Part shown: positions 9,055 to 19,967 of the stretch, in pieces
How the letters are laid out: the number at the start of each line of letters is the position of its first letter
Position numbering within the stretch: the first letter of the stretch is position 1
Source: Firmicutes bacterium UBA2598
GTDB taxonomy: Bacteria > Bacillota > PH28-bin88
Direction of reading: 5' to 3'
NCBI GenBank assembly: GCA_002339345.1
Contig: DDKM01000049.1
Location: 1-57,932, forward strand
DNA: 57,932 nt
Made by a program: the position numbers and the translations under genes
The notes under the pieces: model-generated
Told to the model about the DNA's origin: nothing
Databases searched by the model: none
The model's input: the letters and a program-made list of their open reading frames with translations, nothing else

Positions 9055-11820
9055 TTAACCCACAACCTCGGCGCAGCGACGACAAATGGCCGGATGCGCC
9101 TCCACCTGCCCTACCGTTTCACTGTAGGTCCAGCACCGCAGGCATTTGGTACCCCTAGCTTTGGACACCGTTACCGCCAGGCCTTCCATCACTCCCCGGT
9201 AAGCCTCAGCCGGAGCATCCCCCTGGCGCAGCTCCACCTGGGAGGTGATGAACAGTGTCGGTAGCAGGTCTTCCACCCCTTTGAGCAGCCCATACCACTG
9301 GGAATCCACATAAAGGGTGACCATGGCTTCCAGCGAATCTCCGATTTCCTTTTGTTGCCTGGCCATCTCCAGCACCTTGGCCACCTCGCCGCGCACCTCC
9401 AATAACTGTTGCCACTTCCGCTCCAATTCCTCGTCCAGCAGCCGGCGGTCCAACGCCGGCCAGCCTGCCAGCTGTACCGAGGGTAACTGTTCACCATCGC
9501 CCTTAGGCATGTGATACCAAACCTCTTCCGCAGTGAAGGCCAGGATGGGTGTCAACATCCGCACCAGCGCTCCCAGGGTATGATATATTACCGTCTGGGC
9601 CGAGCGCCGCCCATGGGATTGGGCCGGTGTCGCGTATAGGCGGTCCTTGGTGACATTGAGGTAAAAGGCGCTGAGATCCACCACACAATAGTTATGGATG
9701 GCATGGTATACCACATGGAATTCATAGTTGCCGTAGGCCTCGGTGACCCTCTGCACCAGCCTGTGCAGGCGCAACATGGCATACCGATCCAGTTCCGGCA
9801 TCTCCGATATTTCCACCTGGTGCCGGTCAGGCTGGAAGTCAAATAGATTAGCCAGCAGGAACCGGAAGGTATTGCGGATTTTACGGTAGGATTCCGATAC
9901 CTGTTTCAGGATGCTGGGTGATACCGCCACATCCCGGCGGTAATCCGCCGAAGCCACCCATAACCGTAGAATGTCTGCCCCCATTTCCTTGATGACATCC
10001 TGGGGATCGATACCGTTACCCAGGGATTTGGACATTTTCCGTCCCTGCTCATCCACCACGTAACCGTGGGTAAGCACCGCCCGGTAAGGGGGTAAACCCC
10101 TGGTGGCCACCGCGGTAGAAAGGGATGAGTTAAACCATCCCCTGTGCTGGTCACTGCCTTCCAGGTATAAATCCGCTGGCCAGGCCAATTCCGGTCTCTG
10201 TTCCAGTACGGCAACATGGCTAGAGCCGGAATCGAACCAAACGTCCATGATGTCGCTTTCCTTGCGGAATGCGCCATGTCCGCAGTGCTCGCAACTAAAA
10301 TCCGGCGGCAGCAAGTCGGCAGCTCCCCACGCATACCAGACATCGGAACCATGCTCCCTTACCGCCCGTTGCACGCTGGCAATGGTTTCATCATTGATAA
10401 TGGCCCTGCCGCATTCCTCACAGTAGAAAATGGGAATGGGTACACCCCAGGTGCGCTGCCGGGAAATACACCAGTCGTCCCTTTCTGCCACCATGCTGTG
10501 AATGCGCTCCTCACCCCATGCCGGGATCCACCTGACTTGCCTGATGGCAGCCAGGGCTTCCTTGCGGAAACCGTCAATGGAAGCGAACCATTGTTCCGTG
10601 GCCCGGAAGATGACCGGGGTCCGGCAACGCCAGCAATGGGGATACTGGTGCTGCACCTTACCATGATGCAGCAGTACACCCAGACGGTCCAGTTCTTCCA
10701 CCACCGCTCCGTTGGCTTTACTGTAGGTTAACCCGACAAACTGACCGCCTTCGGCAGTAAACTGGCCGCGGCCGTCCAAGGGCGAAATTACCGGCAGGTT
10801 GTACCGCCGGCCCACCTCAAAGTCCTCCATTCCATGGCCCGGTGCAGTATGCACACAACCGGTACCCTGTTCCAAGGTGACGTGTTCACCTAGTACCACC
10901 ACCGAAGGACGATCCATGAGGGGGTTTTGACAAACCACACCCTCCAGTTCTCGGCCCTTCATCTTTGCCACCACCGGTGAACCGGCAAGGCCGGCCAGTT
11001 CCATTACCTGTTCGGCCAGTCCTTCCGCTATCACCAGACATCCATCCCCGGCCTGAATTGCCACATAATCAAAATCCGGATGCAGGGAAATGGCCACATT
11101 GGCGGGCAGCGTCCAGGGTGTGGTGGTCCAAATCACTACCGCAGTATTGTCCGGCAGCATTCCCTTACCGTCACGGACAGGGAATTTGACATAGATAGAA
11201 TGGGACCAACGTTCACCATATTCCACTTCCGCCTCCGCCAGGGCGGTTTCACAATCGGTGCACCAGTATACCGGTTTTAGTCCCTTATAGATGTATCCCT
11301 TTTTGGCCATTTCGCCAAAAATACCGATTTGCACCGCCTCAAACTCAGGGGACAGGGTAAGATATGGGTTGTCCCAATCACCCCGCACACCCAGTCGCTT
11401 GAACTGTTCGCGTTGAATATCCACATACTTCAAGGCATAGTCCCGGCACTTGCCCCGGAACTCCACCACCCCGACCCGGTGCCGGTCCAGATGCAGGTTT
11501 TTAATGGCCTGCTGCTCAATGGGCAGCCCATGGGTGTCCCATCCCGGCACAAAGGGAGCATCGAACCCATTCATAGAGTGGAATTTCACAACAATATCCT
11601 TTAATACCTTATTTAGGGTGGTGCCCAGGTGAATATCGCCATTGGCGTAGGGAGGGCCATCATGCAGGATGAATTTGGGCCGGCCGGCAGTTTGTTTTTG
11701 CACCATGTTGTAAATGTCCATTTCCGCCCACATTTTCAGAATCTCCGGCTCCCGCTGAGGCAAGTTGCCCCGCATTGGGAACTCTGTCTTGGGCAGGTTC
11801 AAGGTATGATCGTATTTCAT
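9055..11820 (-). CDS. ileS: Isoleucine--tRNA ligase
   Basis: [14 protein letters not shown] (HIGH), [14 protein letters not shown]-terminal Zn finger; upstream T-box with Ile specifier. Confidence 0.98.
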   Translation of the reverse strand: MKYDHTLNLPKTEFPMRGNLPQREPEILKMWAEMDIYNMVQKQTAGRPKFILHDGPPYANGDIHLGTTLNKVLKDIVVKFHSMNGFDAPFVPGWDTHGLPIEQQAIKNLHLDRHRVGVVEFRGKCRDYALKYVDIQREQFKRLGVRGDWDNPYLTLSPEFEAVQIGIFGEMAKKGYIYKGLKPVYWCTDCETALAEAEVEYGERWSHSIYVKFPVRDGKGMLPDNTAVVIWTTTPWTLPANVAISLHPDFDYVAIQAGDGCLVIAEGLAEQVMELAGLAGSPVVAKMKGRELEGVVCQNPLMDRPSVVVLGEHVTLEQGTGCVHTAPGHGMEDFEVGRRYNLPVISPLDGRGQFTAEGGQFVGLTYSKANGAVVEELDRLGVLLHHGKVQHQYPHCWRCRTPVIFRATEQWFASIDGFRKEALAAIRQVRWIPAWGEERIHSMVAERDDWCISRQRTWGVPIPIFYCEECGRAIINDETIASVQRAVREHGSDVWYAWGAADLLPPDFSCEHCGHGAFRKESDIMDVWFDSGSSHVAVLEQRPELAWPADLYLEGSDQHRGWFNSSLSTAVATRGLPPYRAVLTHGYVVDEQGRKMSKSLGNGIDPQDVIKEMGADILRLWVASADYRRDVAVSPSILKQVSESYRKIRNTFRFLLANLFDFQPDRHQVEISEMPELDRYAMLRLHRLVQRVTEAYGNYEFHVVYHAIHNYCVVDLSAFYLNVTKDRLYATPAQSHGRRSAQTVIYHTLGALVRMLTPILAFTAEEVWYHMPKGDGEQLPSVQLAGWPALDRRLLDEELERKWQQLLEVRGEVAKVLEMARQQKEIGDSLEAMVTLYVDSQWYGLLKGVEDLLPTLFITSQVELRQGDAPAEAYRGVMEGLAVTVSKARGTKCLRCWTYSETVGQVEAHPAICRRCAEVVG

Positions 11821-11837
11821 ATGCCACCACCTCGCTA

Positions 11838-12085
11838 AAATAAAAAACCCGTCCTGACTTAAGGACGAGATGGATTCCCGTGGTACCACCTTAATGACCC
11901 CATCGCCATAGTAATGCAGGCCACTTGTTTAACCCTGTAACGGGAGTAACCCGGAAAGCCCTAGTTATTTGTTCCTCGGGCTTCCGACTCCTGGGTGATC
12001 CTTCGGCTGGTTTCGGACCCGGCTTTCACCATCCCGGGTTCGCTGTTACCGCAGGGCCAACCTACTCATCCCAATCATAGCCTTT
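11838..12085 (-). promoter_or_regulatory. T-box riboswitch (Ile, AUC specifier) in the ileS leader
   Basis: Stem I with AGUA, AGCGA and GGUGAAA motifs; specifier GAAGG-AUC at 11997-11999; T-box AAGGTGGTACCACG at about 11879-11892; terminator CGTCCT...AGGACG plus T-run. Confidence 0.92.
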
Positions 12086-12111
12086 ACATCCACAACCAAT
12101 ATGTATAATGT

Positions 12112-12140
12112 ATTATATTAATAAATCACCTTTCCGTCAA
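12112..12140 (-). promoter_or_regulatory. SigA-type promoter for T-box/ileS
   Basis: TTGACG-17 nt-TATAAT. Confidence 0.75.
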
Positions 12141-12634
12141 ACGTCCCCACGTAAATCCATCTGTTCTGCCGTAGCAGCAGCTTCCACATACCCCGGCCCC
12201 TCCCATAACTCAAGCTGACTGAGCAGGAAGGCGCGCACTTTGGCCTTAAAACCCATGGCGTAATGACGCATTTCCTCAAGCCTTTGTTCCATTTCCTGAA
12301 TCCTGGCTTCCGCCTGTTTAATTCTCTCCCTGGCCGTGTTCTCCGCCTCCCGGCAGATCATTTCAGCCTCGTGGTGCGCATTTGCCCGGACCTCATCGGC
12401 GGTTTTCTGGGCCAGCACCAGAGTATCCCTAAGGGTGGATTCCATTTGGCGGTAATTTGCCAGAACCCCCTCCAGCATGTCCATCCGTTCCTTCAAATCC
12501 TTGTTTTCTTTGTATAGCAACTCAAATTCCCGGCCAACCCTGGCCATGAACCCGTTTACCTGCTCCACACTAAAACCGCGGAGGGCGCGCCTGAACACAG
12601 TATTTTGAATGTCTAACGGCGTGAGGGGCATCAT
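12137..12634 (-). CDS. divIVA: DivIVA domain cell division protein
   Basis: LTPLDIQN..F...LRGF...QV..F N-terminus, then coiled coil. Confidence 0.92.
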   Translation of the reverse strand: MMPLTPLDIQNTVFRRALRGFSVEQVNGFMARVGREFELLYKENKDLKERMDMLEGVLANYRQMESTLRDTLVLAQKTADEVRANAHHEAEMICREAENTARERIKQAEARIQEMEQRLEEMRHYAMGFKAKVRAFLLSQLELWEGPGYVEAAATAEQMDLRGDV

Positions 12635-12657
12635 CCATCACCTCCCATTTCAGAATG

Positions 12658-13482
12658 TTAGCCACATTTTTCGACGGGAGGAAGCAAAATCCTGCTATCC
12701 TTTCGTTTCAGAATAACTATCCAGCGGCCCTTGCGGGTGGGGCCCTCCACACCGACCACCGCCAGCCGGCCATAGCCCCGGCAGGAGATGACATCACCCA
12801 CCGCTAACCGCTGATCCGGATCAGTGGTTTCCCGCCAGTTGACCTTCACCTTACCCGCCCTGATTTCCTGCACCATCTTAGCCCGGGCTAGGCGGAAGCC
12901 GTGGGCGGCCACCGCATCCAACCGCAAGGAGGCCACACTGGTTTCCAACTCCAAGACTTCCTCCTGGGGTGGGCGGAGATCCCCTTGGACAATATCCCGC
13001 ACCTCCACCCGCACCCGGTGCACCTCATCCAAGCCAGCCCGGACGTATGGGGCCACTTCCGCCGCCAGGATTACCTGGCAGGCATCCTCCAGGACTATCA
13101 AGTCCCCAACCTTTTCCCGCCTGATCCCCAAACCCAATAATGCACCGAGGAAATCCCGGTGGCTGACCTGCTGCAGACGAAAATTCCCCCTGATTTCCAG
13201 GCACCAGATTTCCGCATCCCCCACATCCGGTGAAGTGTTTACCGGCCTGACCACCAGCCGTTTTCTCTCCGCAGCAGGGTATCCTCCAAAAAAATCAAAG
13301 GATATTCCTGCTATACCGGCCAAAATGCCTGCCACCACCCTACCCTGGTGGGGATCCAAAAAATCCGTGGGCCCGGGAAACCGTCCCCTCAATGCTGCTT
13401 CAACCTTGTCCAACACCCTCACCAGCATCACCCTATCCCCTTGGTCGCGGATGTGGGACATCAGCCTTTCCCTGTCCAGCAC
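12658..13482 (-). CDS. ylmH: YlmH S4-domain RNA-binding protein
   Basis: TDFLDP, GGY..AER, HRDFLGAL, SLRLD, GDVISCRGYGR. Confidence 0.92.
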   Translation of the reverse strand: MLDRERLMSHIRDQGDRVMLVRVLDKVEAALRGRFPGPTDFLDPHQGRVVAGILAGIAGISFDFFGGYPAAERKRLVVRPVNTSPDVGDAEIWCLEIRGNFRLQQVSHRDFLGALLGLGIRREKVGDLIVLEDACQVILAAEVAPYVRAGLDEVHRVRVEVRDIVQGDLRPPQEEVLELETSVASLRLDAVAAHGFRLARAKMVQEIRAGKVKVNWRETTDPDQRLAVGDVISCRGYGRLAVVGVEGPTRKGRWIVILKRKDSRILLPPVEKCG

Positions 13483-13498
13483 CTCAACTTCCCCCGGG

Positions 13499-13756
13499 TC
13501 ACAAAGAGGCCAGCAACTGAATAATCAAACTCTCCACCAGGCTTAAGGTTAGCAAAGCCAGGATGGGTGAGAAGTCAATCATGGTGCCGCGCGGAAGCAA
13601 ACGGCGGAATGGTGCCAGCACCGGTTCGGTGATTTCGTAGATAAACCGGATAGCCGGATTGTACGGTACCCGCACCCAGGACAGGATTACCCTAGCAATA
13701 ATCAGCCAACTGAAAACATTAAAGGCCACCCGGACAACGGTGATCACCTCAATCAA
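13499..13756 (-). CDS. ylmG: YggT family membrane protein
   Basis: ILSW...ITEPVL.PFR...IDFSPI. Confidence 0.92.
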   Translation of the reverse strand: MIEVITVVRVAFNVFSWLIIARVILSWVRVPYNPAIRFIYEITEPVLAPFRRLLPRGTMIDFSPILALLTLSLVESLIIQLLASL

Positions 13757-13772
13757 TTTCTAGACCCCTCTC

Positions 13773-14585
13773 TCACGTTTTTCCCCGCAATTCAACCGCC
13801 CGGTCCCGAGCTGTCATCACGGCATCCATCAGCAGACCCCGCAGGCCGCCCCTTTCCAGAACATGCAGGCCGGCTATGGTGGTGCCGCCGGGCGAGGTTA
13901 CCATATCTTTGAGCTGGGCGGGATGACCACCGGTGTTTTTCACCATTTTAGCCGCCCCCACCACCGTCTGCACAGCCAGCATCAAGCCCACATCCCTGGG
14001 TAATCCGACGCGTACCCCAGCATCCGCCAGGGCTTCTATCACCAGATAAATGTAGGCCGGTCCGCTGCCACTTAATCCGGTTACCGCATCAAGGTATTGC
14101 TCCGGCATGGTTAAGGCTATCCCAACCGCGCCAAAGATGGTCTCCGCCAGCACCCGGTGGTGTTCAACGGCAGCACTGCCCATGGATAATACGGTGGCCC
14201 CCTCGCCAACCAGGCATGGTGTGTTGGGCACCGTCCTGATTACAGGTGTCCCCGGCGGTAACCAAGCCTCCAAATCCGTCAGGGTGATCCCCGCGGCAAT
14301 GGATATTACCAACTGTTCCTGCCGCCAGGTACCGCACAGGGCTTCCACCACTTCCCGCAGGATCTGCGGTTTTACAGCCAAAACCACCGTGGAGGACTCT
14401 GTTACCACCTGGTCATTGGCGGCGGTAGTTACAATCCCGTACCGGTCGTGTAACAACTGCAGTCTTCCGGGCGAGGGATCGGATGCCATGATTTGTCCGC
14501 TGGAGACCAGCCCTGTGCCGAGCATACCACTAATCATGGCTTCGGCCATGGCGCCGGCCCCGATAAAGCCGATAGTTCCTTGCAT
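13773..14585 (-). CDS. proC: Pyrroline-5-carboxylate reductase
   Basis: GFIGAGAM, LAVKPQ, SGSGPAY, VTSPGGTT. Confidence 0.96.
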   Translation of the reverse strand: MQGTIGFIGAGAMAEAMISGMLGTGLVSSGQIMASDPSPGRLQLLHDRYGIVTTAANDQVVTESSTVVLAVKPQILREVVEALCGTWRQEQLVISIAAGITLTDLEAWLPPGTPVIRTVPNTPCLVGEGATVLSMGSAAVEHHRVLAETIFGAVGIALTMPEQYLDAVTGLSGSGPAYIYLVIEALADAGVRVGLPRDVGLMLAVQTVVGAAKMVKNTGGHPAQLKDMVTSPGGTTIAGLHVLERGGLRGLLMDAVMTARDRAVELRGKT

Positions 14586-14615
14586 CCCAAATCCCTCCCG
14601 TTAAACTGATTGGAT

Positions 14616-15062
14616 CTATAGACGGCCGTTACCATGCCATCCCAGCAGGCCGGAACGGAAATCATCCATGGATTCGCCGCTCACCTCAACATTACTGGGC
14701 ACAAACAGGAAAATGCTGTTGGAAACCTTTTGCATGTTTCCGTTAAGAGCATAGGCGGTTCCGCTGATAAAGTCCAGAATGCGCTTGGCACAGTCCTTCT
14801 CCGTATTCTCCAGGTTTACGATCACCGGGCGCCGGGATTTCAAGTGATCCGCAATCCCCTGTACCTGTTCAAAGGCGGACGGCCGGACAACCACCAACTT
14901 GACCGGCCGGCTGTGCAAACTTACTACATTCCCCCGCTGGCCCTTTGGGCGTGACTCATCCACCCAACCGGCGCCGGGCTCCTGGAACTCCTGTTGTTCC
15001 ACCTCCTGCACCTCCAAACCAATTAGGCCCATCAGCTTGTCCATTATTTTACCCACCGCCAT
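14616..15062 (-). CDS. sepF: Cell division protein SepF
   Basis: VIVNL...RILDFISG..YAL.G..QKV..IFL..P; ATG 15062 after AGGAGG. Confidence 0.93.
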   Translation of the reverse strand: MAVGKIMDKLMGLIGLEVQEVEQQEFQEPGAGWVDESRPKGQRGNVVSLHSRPVKLVVVRPSAFEQVQGIADHLKSRRPVIVNLENTEKDCAKRILDFISGTAYALNGNMQKVSNSIFLFVPSNVEVSGESMDDFRSGLLGWHGNGRL

Positions 15063-15087
15063 GCATCCTCCTATCCATGCCGGAAAT

Positions 15088-15786
15088 TTACACCGGCCGC
15101 TCCCCAAAGATACCGGTACCGATCCTGACCAAGGTGGCACCCTCTTCTACCGCCACTTCAAAGTCACCGGTCATTCCCATGGACAAATGCCGCATGGTGG
15201 AATTAAACAAAGCCATCCCCGCGATTCCTTCGGCCAAAACCCGCAACTCCCTGAACAATGGCCTGGCCTGTTCGGGGTCATCCACCAGGGGCGCCATGGT
15301 CATTAACCCCTCTACCCTGATTGTACTGCCCTCAATGCCACGTAAAAAGGGCACTACATCTGCCGGTGGAAAACCCCTTTTACTGAGTTCGCCGCTAATA
15401 TTTACCTGTACCAGTACTGGGATCTCCCTTTGGCGGGCCATACCCTCCTTGTGTAGAGCCCTCGCCAGTTCCAGCCTGTCCAGGGAATGGATCAACTCCA
15501 CTTGGCCCACCACCTGGCGGACTTTATTGGTTTGCAGCGATCCAATCAGGTGCCACCGGATTGATGGAAACAAAGGCATCTTGGCAAGCAATTCCTGCAC
15601 CCGGTTTTCACCACAGATCTGCAAGCCGCAGGCCATGGCAAGCTGGATCAGCTCCGGCGGAACCTTCTTTGTAACTGCTACCACCTGAACAGCCGCTGCT
15701 TCACGGCCAGCCCGGGCTGCAGCGGCAGCAATACGCCGGCGGATTTCCGCCACCCGATCAGCCAGTGAGTTGCTATTATTTAGCAT
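15088..15786 (-). CDS. ylmE: YggS family pyridoxal phosphate homeostasis protein
   Basis: VAVTK, GENRVQE, WHLIG.LQTNK, LSMGM, VRIGT.IFG. Confidence 0.95.
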   Translation of the reverse strand: MLNNSNSLADRVAEIRRRIAAAAARAGREAAAVQVVAVTKKVPPELIQLAMACGLQICGENRVQELLAKMPLFPSIRWHLIGSLQTNKVRQVVGQVELIHSLDRLELARALHKEGMARQREIPVLVQVNISGELSKRGFPPADVVPFLRGIEGSTIRVEGLMTMAPLVDDPEQARPLFRELRVLAEGIAGMALFNSTMRHLSMGMTGDFEVAVEEGATLVRIGTGIFGERPV

Positions 15787-15853
15787 AGTTCTACCCTTTC
15801 CCTCCGTTTTCCTGCCAGTATTACCCGGTGCGGCTACAAACCCCTAACCCTCT

Positions 15854-16708
15854 TCATTTTTTTAACATTAACACCGCTGCCATCCGGCCGGTCCTACCGC
15901 CATCCGCCCGGTGGGAAAAGAAAACATCATTGCGGCAACTGGTACAAATAGAGCTGGTACTAATGGCCTCCGTCGGCAGCCCGGCTTCCAGCAGCACCTC
16001 CCTGTTGGCCTGCCACAGGTTCAATTTCCACCGTCCGGAACCGTCTGCCACCAGCAATTCACCTGCCAGGGCGGGAAAGGCAGCTGAGACTGGGTCAGCC
16101 ACCACCGCATCAACCTGGTAACAACATGGACCTATAGAGGGGCCAATGGCTGCCAAGCAAGTAGCGAGATCCGTGCCAAACCGTCTGACCATCATATCCA
16201 AAGTGGATTTCGCTATCCGCAGTACTGTACCCTTCCAACCTGCGTGGACCACAGCGATCACCCGCCGGACAGGATCAAGGAGGAAAACTGGCACACAATC
16301 TGCATAGTAGGTGGTCAGTGGCACTCCCGGTGTTGCGGTAATCAGGGCATCGGTAGCTGGAATAACGGTATCCCATGATCTGGCCCCTCTACCCTTATCA
16401 GAATCCGTAACCACAGCCACACCCTGTCCGTGCACCTGGTGACCGGCCACAATCTCCGCGGGATTGACACCCAAATCAGTAAAAAAGAATTGCCGGTTGA
16501 TCAGGACATCTTCCACTTGATCACCTACATGGAAGGCTAGGTTCAAGGAGTGATAGGGCTGCTGGCTGACCCCCCCCAATCTGGTGGAAAAGCCACAAGT
16601 AACCAACCCGGTATCCGCAAAACTTTTGATCCCCAAATAAACGGTCTTTCCTTCCCTGTAGCAGAAATCCCTGTTAATTGTTGCCACTCCTTTCGGGGGA
16701 AAAACCAC
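15854..16708 (-). CDS. pgeF: PgeF/YlmD peptidoglycan editing factor (purine nucleoside phosphorylase-like); start uncertain
   Basis: STRLGG, QVHG, ADCVP, HAGWKG, GPSIGPCCY, FFSHR. Confidence 0.93.
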   Translation of the reverse strand: MVFPPKGVATINRDFCYREGKTVYLGIKSFADTGLVTCGFSTRLGGVSQQPYHSLNLAFHVGDQVEDVLINRQFFFTDLGVNPAEIVAGHQVHGQGVAVVTDSDKGRGARSWDTVIPATDALITATPGVPLTTYYADCVPVFLLDPVRRVIAVVHAGWKGTVLRIAKSTLDMMVRRFGTDLATCLAAIGPSIGPCCYQVDAVVADPVSAAFPALAGELLVADGSGRWKLNLWQANREVLLEAGLPTEAISTSSICTSCRNDVFFSHRADGGRTGRMAAVLMLKK

Positions 16709-16714
16709 CGACCC

Positions 16715-17179
16715 TCACCCGGACCGGTGGTTTTTTAACAACAATTCCAACTCGCCCAGGAATGTCCTTAGATCTCGAAATTCCCGGTAGACGGAAGCAA
16801 AACGGACATAGGCTACCTCGTCCAGGGAGCGCAGTCTCTCCATTACCATTTCCCCGATGGTTTCACTCTTGACTTCCCGCTCACCCATTCCGGCTATTTC
16901 CCGTTCAATTTCATCCACCAGATTTTCCAACCGTTCGGCGGCAATAGCCCGCTTGTCACAGGCCTTGGACACCCCGCCCAGTAATTTCTGCCGGCAAAAC
17001 TGTTCCCGCCGCCCATCCTTTTTGATCACCAAAACCGGGGCCATTTCCACCTTTTCATAGGTGGTAAACCGGCGGCTACAGCCCAAACACTCCCTCCGCC
17101 GGCGAATAACACTGCCCTCTTCCACCGGGCGGGAATCTAGTACCTTCGATTCACTGGCACCACAGAAGGGGCAACGCAT
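16715..17179 (-). CDS. nrdR: Transcriptional repressor NrdR
   Basis: MRCPFC..RRRREC..C..RFTTYE, ATP cone, VAYVRFASVY. Confidence 0.97.
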   Translation of the reverse strand: MRCPFCGASESKVLDSRPVEEGSVIRRRRECLGCSRRFTTYEKVEMAPVLVIKKDGRREQFCRQKLLGGVSKACDKRAIAAERLENLVDEIEREIAGMGEREVKSETIGEMVMERLRSLDEVAYVRFASVYREFRDLRTFLGELELLLKNHRSG

Positions 17180-17211
17180 AGCAATCCTCCCCATCCGAAG
17201 GATTTGCCTAA

Positions 17212-17240
17212 ATTATATGTTTGCATCCCTGCCCTGTCAA
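17212..17240 (-). promoter_or_regulatory. SigA consensus promoter upstream of nrdR
   Basis: TTGACA-17 nt-TATAAT, perfect match. Confidence 0.8.
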
Positions 17241-17506
17241 CCTTTGGGATGCGGGTGGCTTAGTTCGGTAAAGCCCTGGACCTCCACTAGGATCACATCC
17301 ACCCCGATTGTACGAATTTTTTCCCAGGGAACCACTATATCATCATTTTTGCCAAGCAAGCCGAGGAACCGACCATTACCGGGCAGTATGATGGCTTTAA
17401 CCCGGCCTGCCTCGATGTCCAGTTCAATGTCCTTGATAATCCCCAACCGGCGGCCATCTATCATATTAACCACATCACGCATCCGCAAATCAGAGATCTT
17501 GACCAT
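17237..17506 (-). CDS. ylmC: YlmC/YmxH family PRC-barrel sporulation protein
   Basis: SDL..DVVN..DG.RLG...D, VPWEKI..IG.DVILV. Confidence 0.92.
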   Translation of the reverse strand: MVKISDLRMRDVVNMIDGRRLGIIKDIELDIEAGRVKAIILPGNGRFLGLLGKNDDIVVPWEKIRTIGVDVILVEVQGFTELSHPHPKG

Positions 17507-17618
17507 GCCATCATCCCCCCCCGTTTAATATATGTGGGGGGAAAAGAAAACTTTACCAAAAAGAGAAAAGGGCAACCGGCCGCTCTACAGACTAACCGTT
17601 GCCCCACATTTTATACTT

Positions 17619-18263
17619 CTACCTATACTGAACGATGGAACCCCGTGAACGCAGCCACACCTCCCACACTTTCAACTTGAGGTGTGGCCGGTCCGGTTTA
17701 GTGGTAACCTCGGGGATCATCACCGTGACGGATTTCCTTTCCAGGGGAACCAGGGAGCCGGTACGGGTTGACACATCAACAAAACACAGGGGTGGGAACA
17801 ACACACACCACCAGTTTTCCCCTTCACCCTTCCCGATCACAATCCGCAGAGCCTGGTAGCGCCCTGCCGGCAAAACGGTATCACCATAGGCCCTGGTAGG
17901 AAATTGGAAGTAACCCAGTTCCGCCCGTACCGGGTCCACCGATCCGGCCGCCAGCAAGGCCTGTCGGGCTGTCTCCTCCAACTGAGCCAGGTGCTGCTGA
18001 ATCAGCGCCTGGGATTGGGTCAAAGAACCAGACGTGGCCAGTAACGGCTGCAAATAAGCGACCAACTCGTCACGGACCAACCGTTTGAGATCTTGGTCCT
18101 CCTGGGTATCGCTGTTGGCTAGCACATGCAACCTGATCAGACCATCCCGGTCAAAAGCCGGTTCAACCTGCTCCCTGCCGGTAGCGGCCGTAAAGAAAGC
18201 CGTCAATATTAAAAACGCCAGAAAAAACCTTACCACTTCACCCATCCACCCCTTTAAATTCAC
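17619..18263 (-). CDS. spoIIR: Stage II sporulation protein R
   Basis: IRLHVLANSD...DQ.LK..VRD, FPTR.YG, G.G.NWWCVLFPPLC; signal-peptide-like N-terminus. Confidence 0.95.
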   Translation of the reverse strand: MNLKGWMGEVVRFFLAFLILTAFFTAATGREQVEPAFDRDGLIRLHVLANSDTQEDQDLKRLVRDELVAYLQPLLATSGSLTQSQALIQQHLAQLEETARQALLAAGSVDPVRAELGYFQFPTRAYGDTVLPAGRYQALRIVIGKGEGENWWCVLFPPLCFVDVSTRTGSLVPLERKSVTVMIPEVTTKPDRPHLKLKVWEVWLRSRGSIVQYR

Positions 18264-19033
18264 ATATGCTTCCGCATATGGTTTAAGGCCGCCTTTTCTA
18301 GCCTGGACACTTGGGCCTGGGAGATGCCAATCTCCTCAGCCACCTCCATCTGGGTTTTGCCCTCAAAAAAGCGCAGGTTTAAGATATGCCTTTCCCTGTC
18401 GCTTAATTTGTTCATGGCTTCCCGGACAGCAATCCCCTCCAGCCATGCGGCATCCTGGTTTTTTTCATCACCAATTTGGTCCATCACAAAAATGGGATCT
18501 CCGCCATCGTGGTAAATGGGCTCAAAGAGGGAAATAGGCTCCTGGATGGCGTCAAGGGCAAAGATTATTTCCTCCCGCGGCAGCTTTAACTCTGCAGCGA
18601 TTTCCGTGATGGAAGGTTCACGGGAATGCCTGTTGACCAGGGCATCGCGCACCTGCAGCGCCTTATAGGCAATGTCCCGCAACGAGCGGCTAACCCGGAT
18701 GGGATTGTTGTCGCGCAGGTACCGCCTGATCTCGCCGATGATCATTGGTACGGCGTAGGTGGAAAACTTGACATTTTGGCCCAAGTCAAAGTTATCAATG
18801 GCCTTCATGAGACCGATACATCCCACCTGGAAGAGATCGTCCACATACTCCCCCCGATTGGTAAATCGCTGGATCACACTAAGAACAAGACGCAGGTTAC
18901 CATTGATCAGCTTTTCGCGGGCAGACGGATCGCCCTCCTTGATGGCCAGAAAGAGACGGCGCATTTCTTCATTGGTCAATACTGGCAGCTTGGAAGTGTT
19001 CACACCACAGATCTCCACTTTGTTGACCATCAT
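18260..19033 (-). CDS. sigG: RNA polymerase sporulation sigma factor SigG
   Basis: NKVEICGVNTSKLPVL, DDLFQVGCIGL, GISQAQVSRLEK. Confidence 0.97.
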   Translation of the reverse strand: MMVNKVEICGVNTSKLPVLTNEEMRRLFLAIKEGDPSAREKLINGNLRLVLSVIQRFTNRGEYVDDLFQVGCIGLMKAIDNFDLGQNVKFSTYAVPMIIGEIRRYLRDNNPIRVSRSLRDIAYKALQVRDALVNRHSREPSITEIAAELKLPREEIIFALDAIQEPISLFEPIYHDGGDPIFVMDQIGDEKNQDAAWLEGIAVREAMNKLSDRERHILNLRFFEGKTQMEVAEEIGISQAQVSRLEKAALNHMRKHM

Positions 19034-19073
19034 CGGCATAACCTCCCAGATCTGGTGGCTCAACAGCATTTAG

Positions 19074-19102
19074 ATTATTGCCACCAGGCATTAGGTTTAT
19101 GC
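19074..19102 (-). promoter_or_regulatory. SigF/SigG-type forespore promoter upstream of sigG-spoIIR
   Basis: GCATA-15 nt-GGCAATAAT matches GyATA-N15-GGnrAnAnT. Confidence 0.7.
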
Positions 19103-19105
19103 CGC

Positions 19106-19142
19106 CAAAAAAATGAACCAGGGGGTTTCTCCCCTGGTTCAT
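19106..19142 (-). terminator. Rho-independent terminator after sigE
   Basis: ATGAACCAGGGG/CCCCTGGTTCAT stem followed by T-run on the minus strand. Confidence 0.8.
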
Positions 19143-19224
19143 GGTTAATTCTGCGACACCCCTGGCCATGGTGGATGCGCTGGTATTCGCTGAGGGTATG
19201 TACCGGGTGTTTGTAAAAGGATAA

Positions 19225-19944
19225 CTATTCCATGCGAACCATTTCCTTTCGCAGTCTTTTGATAATCCTTTTTTCCAGGCGGGAAATATAAGACTGGGAG
19301 ATACCAAGGAGGTCCGCCACCTCCTTCTGGGTCCGCTCCTCCCCGTCAACCAGGCCAAAGCGGCACTCCATGATCTTCTTCTCCCTGGGGGATAGTTTTT
19401 TCATGGCGGCCTGTAACAGCTTACGGTCCACCTCTTCTTCAATACACTTATATATTATGTCATTTTCCGTTCCCAACACATCGGACAACAGCAACTCATT
19501 ACCGTCCCAGTCGATATTCAAGGGCTCGTCAAAGGAAACCTCCACCCTGGTTCGGTTACTGCGCCGCAGGTGCATTAGGATCTCGTTTTCGATACACCGG
19601 GAAGCATAGGTAGCAAGTTTGATCTTCTTGCCTGGATCAAAAGTATTAACCGCCTTGATAAGTCCGATGGTGCCGATGGAGACCAGGTCTTCAATACCAA
19701 CCCCGGTATTCTCAAATTTCCTGGCAATATAAACCACCAAGCGCAGGTTTCGTTCGATCAGGATACCTTTTACTCCGGTATCCCCCTGTTCCAGGCGGGT
19801 CAACAGACTACTTTCCTCATCATTGGTCAGGGGGGGTGGCAGTGCTTCACTACTGCCCACATAATATATGGGGTCCCCCAAACCCAGCCGAGTCAGCAGG
19901 CGCCAGAACCACAACCGGAAACGCCACCCCAGTACCCTTACCAT
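19225..19944 (-). CDS. sigE: RNA polymerase sporulation sigma factor SigE (pro-form)
   Basis: Pro-sequence then [40 protein letters not shown]. Confidence 0.97.
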   Translation of the reverse strand: MVRVLGWRFRLWFWRLLTRLGLGDPIYYVGSSEALPPPLTNDEESSLLTRLEQGDTGVKGILIERNLRLVVYIARKFENTGVGIEDLVSIGTIGLIKAVNTFDPGKKIKLATYASRCIENEILMHLRRSNRTRVEVSFDEPLNIDWDGNELLLSDVLGTENDIIYKCIEEEVDRKLLQAAMKKLSPREKKIMECRFGLVDGEERTQKEVADLLGISQSYISRLEKRIIKRLRKEMVRME

Positions 19945-19967
19945 TCCCCTTTCCCTCCTTTCTTATC

